Of a DNA stretch of 64,000 nucleotides, positions 43,997-53,475 are shown piece after piece (the first letter of the stretch is position 1; each line of letters begins with the position of its first letter). The DNA is taken from assembly GCF_028290025.1 (NCBI RefSeq), contig NZ_JAQGKQ010000055.1, positions 1,092-65,091 on the forward strand, written 5' to 3'. Below the pieces are notes generated by a model, which was not told the origin of the DNA, ran no database searches, and worked only from the letters and a program-made list of their open reading frames with translations. The position numbers and the translations under genes were made by a program. The stretch comes from Cypionkella sp. (GTDB lineage: Bacteria; Pseudomonadota; Alphaproteobacteria; Rhodobacterales; Rhodobacteraceae).

Positions 43997-45475
43997 ATGA
44001 ACGACGAACCCGCTTTGATCCTGATCCCCGAGTTTACCGCCCCTGAATCGTTCACCGATGCCGCCGCCGCCGTTGATCGGCTAGAGGCGCTGTATGCTGA
44101 CGCGGTAAGCTTTCTTTCGCAACATTTCAGCGCCACGGTTGTGGGAGCAAAGCCTTCGACGCGTATCCGAGCATTTTATCCCGAGATCAGGTTGGTGGTG
44201 ACAAGCCATGTCAAGACCGACAGCCGCCTTGCCTATGGCCACGTCGCAAGCCCCGGCGTGTATGCGACCAGCGTCACCCGACCGGACTTATTTCGCAATT
44301 ATCTGATTCAACAAATCAGTTTGCTGATGCAGAACCACAGCGTGCCCGTGCAAATCGGCTATTCCGATACGCCAATTCCGGTGCATTTCGCGGTGGCGGG
44401 CAATCCTCTGGTCTCGGTTCCGCAAGAAGGCGTGCTTGAGTTTTCCCTGCGTGATATCTTTGATGTGCCCGATCTTGCTACCACCAACGATGACATCGTC
44501 AATGGCACCCGCACCCACAATGCCGATGGCTCGCAACCCTTGGCACCCTTCACGGCGCAGCGCGTGGATTACAGCTTGGCGCGGCTGTCACATTATACTG
44601 CGACAGACCCCACGCACTTTCAGAATCATGTGCTCTTCACCAACTATCAGTTCTACGTTGACGAATTTGAGGCTTATGCCCGCGCAATGCTGGCTGATCC
44701 GACCTTAGGCTATGTCAGCTTTGTGGCGACCGGAAATCAGGAAATCACCACGCCGGATGGGATGATCGCCCATTCTTCGAAGACGCCGCAAATGCCGACG
44801 TTTCATCTGAAGCGAGCTGACGGTAACGGCATTACGCTGGTGAATATTGGTGTCGGGCCTTCCAATGCCAAGACCGCCACAGACCACATTGCCGTGCTGC
44901 GCCCGCATGCCTGGCTTATGGTCGGCCATTGTGCCGGCTTGCGGAATTCACAGTCTTTGGGGGATTTTTGCCTCGCACACGCTTATCTGCGCGAAGATCA
45001 CGTCTTGGATGATGACCTGCCGGTTTGGGTGCCAATTCCAGCGCTGGCCGAGATTCAAATTGCCTTGCAAGAAGCGGTGGCTGAGGTCACTCAGCTGGAG
45101 GGCTACGAGCTAAAGCGCATCATGCGGACGGGGACGGTTGCGACGATTGATAACCGCAACTGGGAGCTTCGCGACAAGTCCGGGCCAGTGCGACGGCTTT
45201 CGCAATCTCGTGCGATCGCGCTGGATATGGAAAGCGCCACGATTGCTGCGAATGGGTTCCGGTTTCGAGTGCCCTATGGCACGTTGCTGTGCGTTTCCGA
45301 CAAACCGCTGCATGGCGAATTAAAGCTGCCGGGCATGGCCAGCGAGTTTTACAAGACTCAGGTCGCGCGACATCTGCAAATCGGTATCCGCGCTATGGAA
45401 CGCCTTCGAGATATGCCGACAGAGCGAATTCATAGCCGCAAGCTGCGCAGCTTTGAAGAGACTGCGTTCCTGTAG
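43997..45475 (+). CDS. amn: AMP nucleosidase
   Basis: LFTNYQFY, QMP, NIGVGPSNAKT, GHCAGL, LDMES, SDKPLHG; start could be 43967. Confidence 0.95.
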   Translation: MNDEPALILIPEFTAPESFTDAAAAVDRLEALYADAVSFLSQHFSATVVGAKPSTRIRAFYPEIRLVVTSHVKTDSRLAYGHVASPGVYATSVTRPDLFRNYLIQQISLLMQNHSVPVQIGYSDTPIPVHFAVAGNPLVSVPQEGVLEFSLRDIFDVPDLATTNDDIVNGTRTHNADGSQPLAPFTAQRVDYSLARLSHYTATDPTHFQNHVLFTNYQFYVDEFEAYARAMLADPTLGYVSFVATGNQEITTPDGMIAHSSKTPQMPTFHLKRADGNGITLVNIGVGPSNAKTATDHIAVLRPHAWLMVGHCAGLRNSQSLGDFCLAHAYLREDHVLDDDLPVWVPIPALAEIQIALQEAVAEVTQLEGYELKRIMRTGTVATIDNRNWELRDKSGPVRRLSQSRAIALDMESATIAANGFRFRVPYGTLLCVSDKPLHGELKLPGMASEFYKTQVARHLQIGIRAMERLRDMPTERIHSRKLRSFEETAFL

Positions 45476-45628
45476 TCTGCTTCGGCGAAAACTGGGTCGC
45501 CGCGGCGAAGCGCCTTATTTTACGCCAAAAAGAGCTTGCCTTGGGGCGCAAAAGCGTGAGAAGCCGCTGCATCCGTCGGATCAGACAAATTAAGGCTCCA
45601 CAGCTAACGGGGCCAGAAAGAGGAACCA

Positions 45629-45919
45629 ATGATAACCAAAGCTATGACAAAGACGCAACTTCTGGCCGCTATCTCGGATGCGATGGGTTCCGACAAGAAA
45701 ACCGCTGCTGCTGCACTCGATGCTGTTGCTGCTGTTGTCGCGCGTGAAGTTGCTGCGGGCGGTTCGGTGACGTTGCCGGGTCTGGGCAAAATGGTCTGCC
45801 GTGAGCGTCCTGAGCGTCAGGTTCGCAACCCTGCGACAGGTGAAACAGTCACCAAAGCTGCGGACAAACAAGTTAAGTTCGCTATTGCAAAGGCTTTGAA
45901 AGACAGCGTTAACGCCTGA
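45629..45919 (+). CDS. HU-family DNA-binding protein
   Basis: MTKTQL, LPGLGK, RNPATGE, KALKD; AGAGG RBS. Confidence 0.92.
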   Translation: MITKAMTKTQLLAAISDAMGSDKKTAAAALDAVAAVVAREVAAGGSVTLPGLGKMVCRERPERQVRNPATGETVTKAADKQVKFAIAKALKDSVNA

Positions 45920-45942
45920 TTTCGTCTCTGAAACAGGTCTGC

Positions 45943-45970
45943 AAAGGGTCGCCTGCTAGGCGGCCCTTTT
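45943..45970 (+). terminator. intrinsic terminator after HU gene
   Basis: AAAGGGTCGCCT-GCT-AGGCGGCCCTTTT. Confidence 0.75.
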
Positions 45971-45984
45971 GCTTGCTTTGAGGC

Positions 45985-46057
45985 TGTCCACGCGTGGCAG
46001 GGGCTTCGTTTGCATAGAAATCAATGACTTATGGCGTCGAGTTAACGATAATTTAAC
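45985..46057 (+). promoter_or_regulatory. palindrome-IHF-CtrA composite element, copy B
   Basis: TGTCCAC-GC-GTGG-CA 45985-45999; AATCAATGACTTA 46019-46031; TTAA-N7-TTAAC 46042-46057. Confidence 0.7.
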
Positions 46058-46181
46058 TTTGCCACCATGACGGTGGGAGTGCTATCGGCACTGAAAGCCA
46101 GTCTGCTGGCAGGCATCGTTCAACCGGCCACTTAGCCGCGCCGCGTTCAAATTTTGCCCCCGCCGAAGCGAGGGCAGTGGT

Positions 46182-46808
46182 CTAGGCAGCTTTTGCCGTG
46201 ACTAGGGCATCGGCTTGCTGCACCTGCAGTCTTGCGGGACGCGCGGCGCAACGTGCCACCCAGTCTCGGATCAGGGAATCGTCCGGTACTGCGTCTTTGA
46301 ACCAACCATAGAGCGAATGGACCAAAAGATCGGCGGCCGAAAACTGCGCGCCCAGCAACCATGGCCCATTTTTCAAAGCGGTGCGAATGCGCGCGGCAGC
46401 TTCGTTATGGCTGCGAAACGTACTGGCGAGGCCGGGATGTTCAAGCCCAAGTGCGTCCATGACCATCACAGGCTCCAGCACACCCTGATACCAAGAAAGC
46501 CAAGTCAGATATTCACCCCACAGCGGCGAGCCTACAGGCGGCGCAAGGCCCGTTTCCGGGAAAATCGTGGTCAAATGCAGCATGATCGCACCGCGTTCGG
46601 TGATAAGATGACCGTCATGCAGGAGGGCGGGGACTTTGCCCTCCGGATGCGGGTTTGTCGGATCGACCTCACCGGAACCGTCGATGCGTTTGATGCTGAC
46701 ATGACGGACTTCCACTTTGTCGGTGATGCCCATTTTATTTAGCAGCATGACGACGGCGGATGAGCGAGAGTTCGGCGAGTGGAACAGGGTCAACATTTTT
46801 GTCTCCAT
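46182..46808 (-). CDS. glutathione S-transferase family protein
   Basis: HSPNSRS, PEGKVPAL, ITERGAI, FSAAD. Confidence 0.9.
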   Translation of the reverse strand: METKMLTLFHSPNSRSSAVVMLLNKMGITDKVEVRHVSIKRIDGSGEVDPTNPHPEGKVPALLHDGHLITERGAIMLHLTTIFPETGLAPPVGSPLWGEYLTWLSWYQGVLEPVMVMDALGLEHPGLASTFRSHNEAAARIRTALKNGPWLLGAQFSAADLLVHSLYGWFKDAVPDDSLIRDWVARCAARPARLQVQQADALVTAKAA

Positions 46809-46844
46809 TGAATTTGTCGATAAAGACCATATGCTGCATCCCTA

Positions 46845-46861
46845 CTGCCAGAAACCGTCAG
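46845..46861. promoter_or_regulatory. probable WYL-regulator operator
   Basis: imperfect CTGNCA-N5-NGTCAG (CTGCCAGAAACCGTCAG) between divergent GST and WYL genes. Confidence 0.5.
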
Positions 46862-46867
46862 GATGTT

Positions 46868-47560
46868 GTGGCCAAATCTGATCGCCTGTTCCGTCTGCTG
46901 ACTGCGCTGCGCATGTTGCCTCAACCGGTGACGGCTGCGCGGTTGGCGGAGGAAATGGCGGTGTCGGAGCGTACTATATATCGCGACATTGATAGTCTGC
47001 GGGCAGGCGGTGCTTTGATTGATGGTGAGGCCGGGGTTGGCTACACGTTGACCGAAGATCCCGCGTTGCCGCCGCAGATGTTTACGCAGTTGGAGGTGGA
47101 ATCACTGGTGTTGGGGCTGGCGGAGGTGCGGCAGATGGGTGATCCGGCGCTTGCAAAAGCTGCTGAAGTAGCGATGGCGAAGATTGTCGCCACCTTGCCC
47201 GAACGGGTCCAACGGCAGGCGGTTCATGCGGTTTCACGCTCGATCAAGTTTCAGCTGCGGGCGGCGCCTCCGACCCATGTGGCGCTGCTGCGGGAGGCGT
47301 CTTGGGCTGAGCAAGAGGTGGAGCTGAACTATCTTGATCTGAATGGCGCGCAGACTCGGCGGAGGATTTGGCCGCTGTCGATTGTGTATTTTGATCACGC
47401 GTTGATGTGTCTGGCTTGGTGTTGTTTGCGGGAAGATTTCCGGCGGTTTCATCTGGATCGGATGCAGGATGTGGCGTTGACCGGGGTAAGCTTTCGGCCT
47501 CGGCGGGTGCCGATGTTGCGTGATTATGCGGCCTTGGTCGCCACACGTGGACACAGGTAA
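46868..47560 (+). CDS. HTH-WYL (YafY-like) transcriptional regulator
   Basis: VSERTIYRDIDSL, GEAGVGY, LPPQMF, AWCCLREDFRRFHLDRM; GTG start inferred. Confidence 0.9.
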   Translation: MAKSDRLFRLLTALRMLPQPVTAARLAEEMAVSERTIYRDIDSLRAGGALIDGEAGVGYTLTEDPALPPQMFTQLEVESLVLGLAEVRQMGDPALAKAAEVAMAKIVATLPERVQRQAVHAVSRSIKFQLRAAPPTHVALLREASWAEQEVELNYLDLNGAQTRRRIWPLSIVYFDHALMCLAWCCLREDFRRFHLDRMQDVALTGVSFRPRRVPMLRDYAALVATRGHR

Positions 47561-47610
47561 TAATCACTTGATTACAACGGCCTACCGTAGTTCATTCATT
47601 ATTTATTAAC
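47538..47610 (+). promoter_or_regulatory. palindrome-IHF-CtrA composite element, copy C (degenerate)
   Basis: TCGCCAC-AC-GTGGACA 47538-47553; AATCAAGTGATTA (minus) 47561-47573; TTCA-N7-TTAAC 47595-47610. Confidence 0.6.
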
Positions 47611-47699
47611 CAATTTTCCATCGGACACGGGGCAATCGAAGCCTTGGCGCTGGGCAGGATTGGCGCTACGCAGAGGGCTTAGGTTTTGGGGATTGCAGG

Positions 47700-48659
47700 A
47701 TGCTGACGGCTTATAATTTTGCCAACAAACGCTTGGAAGTTTTGCCCGAGGCGGCATTGGAGCAGGCCGAATGGATTGATCTGCTGCGTGCTGCGCCCGA
47801 GGAGGAAGCGGCGGTGCGGGCTTTGGGCGTCGATGTGCCGACGCTGGCTGACATGGAAGAGATCGAAATCTCTAACCGTTTGTACCACGAGGAAGATCTG
47901 GATTATCTCACCGTCGTGCTGCCGGGGCAGGATGCGCTGGGTGTGCAGGTCATGGGGCCGGTGTGTTTTGTGGTGTCGAAAGCGCGGCTGGTGACGATCC
48001 GCCACCACGCGCCGCGGCCTTTTGAGACCTATCCGGCGCGCGCAGGCAAAAGTACGTTGGGCTGTTCAACGCCAGATCGGGTGTTTCTGGGGCTGATCGA
48101 GGAAGTCATCGGACGGCTGGCGGATCATCTTGAAATCGCGGGCGGCGGCTTGGATAAGGTGTCGCGTGGGATTTATCATCCCGATCCGAAGGGCCATCAG
48201 CAAAAGCAACTTGAGGAGGCGCTGGCCAATCTGGGCGGCGAGGGCGAGCGGCTTAGCCGGGTGCGGCTGGCGCTTTTGACATTGGGGCGGGCGCTGAATT
48301 ACGTCGATCAGATGCTTGGGCACCGCCTGAATGACGAGGGCTTGGGGCTGGTTTTGAACGGGCAGTTGCGCGATATTGAGGCGCTGGAGGTTCACGCGGA
48401 TTTCCTGTCGTCGCGGTTGGGCCTGATGTCGGATGCGACGATGGGGCGGATCAACCTCGCGCAGAACAGCACGGTGCGGATCGTTTCAGTGGTCGCCGTT
48501 CTGTTCATGCCGCCAACGCTGATCGCCAGCATGTATGGGATGAACTTCAAGTTCATGCCGGAACTGACGCTCGCTTTGGGCTATCCGATGGCGCTGGCGA
48601 TGATGGTCGGGTCGGCGGTGGTGACCTATGCGTTCTTCCGGTGGAAGGGCTGGCTTTAG
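47700..48659 (+). CDS. corA: CorA-family Mg2+/Co2+ transporter
   Basis: EIEISNRLY, MPPTLIASMYGMNF signature. Confidence 0.92.
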   Translation: MLTAYNFANKRLEVLPEAALEQAEWIDLLRAAPEEEAAVRALGVDVPTLADMEEIEISNRLYHEEDLDYLTVVLPGQDALGVQVMGPVCFVVSKARLVTIRHHAPRPFETYPARAGKSTLGCSTPDRVFLGLIEEVIGRLADHLEIAGGGLDKVSRGIYHPDPKGHQQKQLEEALANLGGEGERLSRVRLALLTLGRALNYVDQMLGHRLNDEGLGLVLNGQLRDIEALEVHADFLSSRLGLMSDATMGRINLAQNSTVRIVSVVAVLFMPPTLIASMYGMNFKFMPELTLALGYPMALAMMVGSAVVTYAFFRWKGWL

Positions 48660-48684
48660 AGGTCGGAGAGTTATCTCGAAACCC

Positions 48685-48750
48685 GCCGCCCCGGACTTGA
48701 TCCGGGGCCTCTGCTCATACCATGAGGCCCCGGATCCAGTCCGGGGCGGC
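48685..48750. repeat. alphaproteobacterial REP/RPE-like palindrome
   Basis: GCCGCCCCGGACTTGATCCGGGGCCTC-N12-GAGGCCCCGGATCCAGTCCGGGGCGGC. Confidence 0.75.
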
Positions 48751-48763
48751 TTGGTGTTTGCGA

Positions 48764-49540
48764 CTAGCTGTCAGTAAACTTGGCCGGGCGCTTTTCGATG
48801 AAGGCGGTCATGCCCTCTTTTTGATCGTCGGTGGCAAACATCGCGTGGAACAGCCGGCGTTCGTGCAGCAAGCCTTCGCGCAGGGTGGTTTCCTCGGCGC
48901 GGTTGACGGATTCCTTCGCGGCGCGGATGGAAACGGCCGATTTGGCCGCGATTTTCCCGGCAGTTTTCAAAGCTTCGTCGATCAGGTCTGCGGCAGGGAT
49001 GATGCGGCTGACAAGGCCCGCGCGTTCAGCCTCGGCTGCGTCCATCATGCGCCCTGTGAGGTTCATCTCCATCGCTTTGGCTTTGCCGACGGCGCGGGTC
49101 AGCCGCTGCGTGCCGCCCATGCCCGCGATGATGCCAAGGTTGATTTCAGGCTGACCGAACTTGGCGGTATCAGCGGCGAGGATGAAATCGCACATCATCG
49201 CCAGTTCGCAGCCGCCCCCCAAAGCAAAGCCAGCCACGGCGGCGATGATCGGTTTGCGGATGCGCTGGATGGCCTCGGCTTCGGGGCCAAAGATGTCGCC
49301 GACGAAGGCTTCGGCAAAGCTCTTGCCAGCCATTTCGCGGATGTCGGCACCCGCTGCGAAGGCTTTTTCTGATCCGGTGATGACGACGCAGCGCACGGTG
49401 TCGTCAGTATCCATCGCCTGCAATGCGGTGGCGAGTTCCGACATAAGCTGTTGACTGAGCGCGTTTAATGCCTCGGGACGGTTCAGGCGGATCAGGGCGA
49501 CATGGTTGTTGATTTCGATAAGTAGGGTCTCATAGGTCAT
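48764..49540 (-). CDS. enoyl-CoA hydratase
   Basis: [32 protein letters not shown]. Confidence 0.93.
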   Translation of the reverse strand: MTYETLLIEINNHVALIRLNRPEALNALSQQLMSELATALQAMDTDDTVRCVVITGSEKAFAAGADIREMAGKSFAEAFVGDIFGPEAEAIQRIRKPIIAAVAGFALGGGCELAMMCDFILAADTAKFGQPEINLGIIAGMGGTQRLTRAVGKAKAMEMNLTGRMMDAAEAERAGLVSRIIPAADLIDEALKTAGKIAAKSAVSIRAAKESVNRAEETTLREGLLHERRLFHAMFATDDQKEGMTAFIEKRPAKFTDS

Positions 49541-49549
49541 GTCGGTTCC

Positions 49550-50395
49550 TTAAATCTGGCAGGTGGGGCAGTAGAACGATGATCGTCCTGATTGCACCAT
49601 GCGGGCGATGGTTGAAGTGCAGCCGGGGGTTTGGCAAGGCTGGCCTTCACGGCCATAGACGGCGAAAGATTTCTGGAAATAGCCGAGTTCGCCATTGGTG
49701 CGGCGGTAGTCTTTCAGGCTGGAGCCGCCGGCTTCGATGGCTTCAGCTAAGACTTCGCGGATGATCGGCACCAGTGAGCCTGCGTTGGCGATACTGCCCG
49801 CGCGGGTGTTCGGGGCGATGCGGGCGCGGTAAAGCACCTCACAAACGTAGATATTGCCAAGGCCCGCGACGAGGTGTTGGTCGAGCAGGGCGGATTTGAT
49901 TGGAGTGTTGCGGTCTTTCAGTTTGGCCGCGAGATAGCTCTCATTGAACGCATTGCCCATCGGTTCTGGGCCGATTTCCGACAGCAAAGGGTGCTCATCG
50001 GCGGTGGCCGTTGGCAGCAGATCCATCGCACCAAAGCGGCGGGCGTCGTTGAAAGTGACGCGCGCACCGCCTTCCATATGCAACACAACATGGTCATGTT
50101 TTTCGGGAGCGGCATGGTCGTGGAAGAAATTGCCAAGCGTGATACCAGACACCAACATCCGGCCCGACATGCCGAGGTGGATTAGCAGCGTCTCACCCGA
50201 GGACAGATCGGCGAGGATGTATTTGGAGCGACGGCGCAGCGCCACGACCCGTTGCCCGGTCAAGCGTTCGGCCATATTCAGGGGCAAAGGCCAGCGCAAA
50301 TCGGGGCGGTTGACCTCGGCGCGCTCAATCAGGCGGCCCTCCATTGCGGGCAAAAGGCCACGCCGGACGGTTTCGACTTCGGGCAGTTCTGGCAT
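49550..50395 (-). CDS. mutM: formamidopyrimidine-DNA glycosylase
   Basis: [21 protein letters not shown]-terminal Zn finger. Confidence 0.97.
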   Translation of the reverse strand: MPELPEVETVRRGLLPAMEGRLIERAEVNRPDLRWPLPLNMAERLTGQRVVALRRRSKYILADLSSGETLLIHLGMSGRMLVSGITLGNFFHDHAAPEKHDHVVLHMEGGARVTFNDARRFGAMDLLPTATADEHPLLSEIGPEPMGNAFNESYLAAKLKDRNTPIKSALLDQHLVAGLGNIYVCEVLYRARIAPNTRAGSIANAGSLVPIIREVLAEAIEAGGSSLKDYRRTNGELGYFQKSFAVYGREGQPCQTPGCTSTIARMVQSGRSSFYCPTCQI

Positions 50396-50477
50396 GGAAC
50401 CTCAGGTGACAGATCGGCGCATTGAGGCTTGCGCCGCGCGCGCCTATAAGGGGGGTGCAATCACAGGACGGCAAGAG

Positions 50478-51221
50478 ATGAACGACAACACCACGCATTT
50501 CGGCTATCAAACTGTGCCAGAGGCGGACAAAGCCGGGATGGTGCACGGCGTGTTCACGCGGGTTGCCAGCAAGTATGACATTATGAACGATCTGATGTCG
50601 GGCGGAATGCATCGGCTTTGGAAAGACGCGATGATGGATTGGCTGGCACCGAGGGCGGGTCAGCGGCTGTTGGATGTGGCGGGCGGCACGGGCGATGTGG
50701 CGTTTCGGTTTATGAAGCGGGCTGAAGGCTCGACGGCGGTAGTGTGCGATCTGACGGAATCGATGCTGGTTTCGGGGCGGCAAAGGGCTGAGGCCGATCA
50801 ACTCGCGGCGCGGCTCGATTGGGTGGTCGGCGATGCGATGGCGCTGCCGTTTTCCGACAATTCGTTCGATGTTTACACGATTTCCTTTGGTATTCGGAAC
50901 GTGACGCGGATTGGCGATGCTTTGGCCGAGGCTTACCGGGTGTTGCGGCCGGGCGGGCGGCTGATGGTGCTGGAGTTTTCGCGGATTCCCAATGACTTGG
51001 CGCAGTGGGCCTATGACAAATACAGCTTCAACGTGATCCCGGTGATGGGGCAGGTGGTGGCCGGCGATCGCGAGTCGTATCAGTATCTGGTCGAATCGAT
51101 CCGCAAGTTTCCTGAACAAGAGACGTTCGCGTCGATGATCCGCACGGCTGGGTTTGAGCAGGTGAAATTTCGCAACCTGACGATGGGGATTGCGGCGCTG
51201 CATTCGGGCTGGAAACTGTGA
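50478..51221 (+). CDS. ubiE: ubiquinone/menaquinone C-methyltransferase
   Basis: [31 protein letters not shown]. Confidence 0.96.
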   Translation: MNDNTTHFGYQTVPEADKAGMVHGVFTRVASKYDIMNDLMSGGMHRLWKDAMMDWLAPRAGQRLLDVAGGTGDVAFRFMKRAEGSTAVVCDLTESMLVSGRQRAEADQLAARLDWVVGDAMALPFSDNSFDVYTISFGIRNVTRIGDALAEAYRVLRPGGRLMVLEFSRIPNDLAQWAYDKYSFNVIPVMGQVVAGDRESYQYLVESIRKFPEQETFASMIRTAGFEQVKFRNLTMGIAALHSGWKL

Positions 51222-52747
51222 GAGGACCGCATAACATCTGGCGGCTGATCCGCACCGGGGCAACGTTTGAACGCACCGGGGCGATGGCGGTGGCGTTGGA
51301 GGCGATGCAGGTGCCGCCGCGTCTGCGCTTTGCCGCACGGATGCTGGGCTGGCCGTTTAAGTGGCTGGGATTGCAGGGCGATTTGGCGCTGCCTCCGGTG
51401 ACGCGGGCGCTGACGGCACTGGGGCCTGCGTATATCAAGTTCGGTCAGATTTTGTCCACACGGCCGGATATTGTTGGCGAAGAATTGGCTTTGCAGCTGA
51501 AGTATCTGCAAGATCGGCTGCCTCCGTTTCCGACTGATGTCGCCAAGGCTATGGTTGCGGAGGAACTGCGGCTGCCGGTGGATGAGGTGTTTTCCAGCTT
51601 TTCGGAACCCGTTGCGGCGGCTTCTATTGCGCAGGTGCATCGCGCGACTTTGCGCAGCAATGGGCAAGATGTGGCGGTGAAAGTGCTGCGTCCGGGGATT
51701 GAGCGGGCGTTTCGCCGCGACATTGATGCGTTTTATTTCGCGGCGCGGGCGATTGAGTTTGTGTCTCCTGCATCGCGCCGCTTGCGACCTTTGGATGTGA
51801 TCACGCATTTTGAGGGCGTGGTTTTGGGCGAGTTGGATTTGCGGCTGGAATCTTCGGCGGCGTCGGAGTTCGCCGATAACACCAAAGATGATGCCGGATT
51901 TCAGGTGCCGAAGGTGGTGTGGGATCTGTCGGGTCGCACGGTGATGACGCTGGATTGGGCCGAGGGGATCAACCTTGCTGATAACACGGCGATTGATGCG
52001 GCGGGATTGGATCGGCGGGCTTTGGGCGCGCGCGTGCTGCAACTGTTTCTAAGCCACGCTTTGCGCGATGGATTTTTCCATGGCGACATGCATCAGGGCA
52101 ATTTGAAGGTCGCGGCGAGCGGCAATCTGATCGCTTATGATTTCGGTATCATGGGGCGGATCGACGAATATACCCGGCGGGTCTATGCCGAGATTTTGAT
52201 GGGGTTTATCCGCAAAGATTATCGCCGCGTCGCTGAAGTGCATTTTGAGGCGGGTTATGTGCCGCCGGACCGTGACATTGATGAGTTCGCCCGTGCGCTG
52301 CGGGCGGTGGGTGAGCCGATTTTCGGGCTTGAGGCCACCCGCGTGTCGATGGCGCGGTTGCTGTCCTATCTGTTTGAAGTGACAGAGAGATTTGGCATGG
52401 AGACTCGCACAGAGCTGATCTTGCTGCAGCGCACTATGGTTGTGGTTGAAGGTGTCGCGCGCAGCTTGGACCCGAACATTAACATCTGGCAAGTGGCAAG
52501 GCCGGTGGTTGAATCTTATGTCGGTCGCAATGTTGGACCGGTGGCCTTGCTGCGTGATCTGGCACATACCGCGCGGGTTTTGGCGCGGTTTGGCCCGCGT
52601 TTGCCGCGCTTGGTTGAGGCCGCTCTGATTGCGCAAGCCGAGTCGCCGCTGCCGGTGAATACGCGGCGGCGCGTGTCGATTACCCGGCTGATTGTTGGCG
52701 CTTTCATTGTGTTTGCGCTGGGGATTTGGCTTGGTCATCTGCTGTGA
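51218..52747 (+). CDS. ubiB: ubiquinone biosynthesis kinase-like protein
   Basis: [33 protein letters not shown]. Confidence 0.95.
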   Translation: MRGPHNIWRLIRTGATFERTGAMAVALEAMQVPPRLRFAARMLGWPFKWLGLQGDLALPPVTRALTALGPAYIKFGQILSTRPDIVGEELALQLKYLQDRLPPFPTDVAKAMVAEELRLPVDEVFSSFSEPVAAASIAQVHRATLRSNGQDVAVKVLRPGIERAFRRDIDAFYFAARAIEFVSPASRRLRPLDVITHFEGVVLGELDLRLESSAASEFADNTKDDAGFQVPKVVWDLSGRTVMTLDWAEGINLADNTAIDAAGLDRRALGARVLQLFLSHALRDGFFHGDMHQGNLKVAASGNLIAYDFGIMGRIDEYTRRVYAEILMGFIRKDYRRVAEVHFEAGYVPPDRDIDEFARALRAVGEPIFGLEATRVSMARLLSYLFEVTERFGMETRTELILLQRTMVVVEGVARSLDPNINIWQVARPVVESYVGRNVGPVALLRDLAHTARVLARFGPRLPRLVEAALIAQAESPLPVNTRRRVSITRLIVGAFIVFALGIWLGHLL

Positions 52748-53401
52748 TCACGGCACGCGCAGAGCGGTAATATCGGTCGCACTCACCTCTATGCCGCCCT
52801 CCAGAACCAAGGTCGGGCCATTGCTGCCGCCACGCGCCTCTAGGATGCGCGCATAGGATTCGACGGAGACGGCCTCACCGAGTTGCTGCTCGCCGTTGTA
52901 GCTTTCAATTTTCAGCGTATAGACGCCGTTCGGCAAAGGTTTGCCAGCGGCGTCCGCGCCAAGCCATTGATATGCGCCGCCTTCTAGCGAAACATCCTCT
53001 CGCGATACGACCTGATCCTTCACATTTCTTACTACCAAAACGGCGCGATCTGCTTGTGCAGCGGGATGATAATTGATGGTGACGGGCTTATCGCCCAGAT
53101 AGACCGGTGCGGCAGACCGCGCCTCTTGACCAACCCAAGCGGCGAGTTGCGCCATACCCAGCACACCAAACTGGCTGGTGAGACCTTCGAGCAGTTGGTT
53201 GGTTCTGGTCTGTTGCTCGACACCGGAAAACGTTGCCAACTGCACGGCATAATCGGACGAATCAATCGGATTGAGCGGGTCTTGGTTCTTCATCTGAGTC
53301 GTCATCATTTTTAGGAACGTGTCGAAATCCGCCGAGATCGCGGCCTTGGGCTTCGTCGTTGCGGCAGAAGTTTGGGGGGTGGTAACTGCGGTGGTTTCCA
53401 T
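52748..53401 (-). CDS. flgD: flagellar hook capping protein
   Basis: FLKMMTTQMKNQDPLNP, QLATFSGVEQ. Confidence 0.93.
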   Translation of the reverse strand: METTAVTTPQTSAATTKPKAAISADFDTFLKMMTTQMKNQDPLNPIDSSDYAVQLATFSGVEQQTRTNQLLEGLTSQFGVLGMAQLAAWVGQEARSAAPVYLGDKPVTINYHPAAQADRAVLVVRNVKDQVVSREDVSLEGGAYQWLGADAAGKPLPNGVYTLKIESYNGEQQLGEAVSVESYARILEARGGSNGPTLVLEGGIEVSATDITALRVP

Positions 53402-53475
53402 CGCGCGCTCCTTTCAAGAGCTTTTCGATTTGCATTTTATGCGGATTGCTTCGCCTTTTCCTCAGCAAGAAAGCA

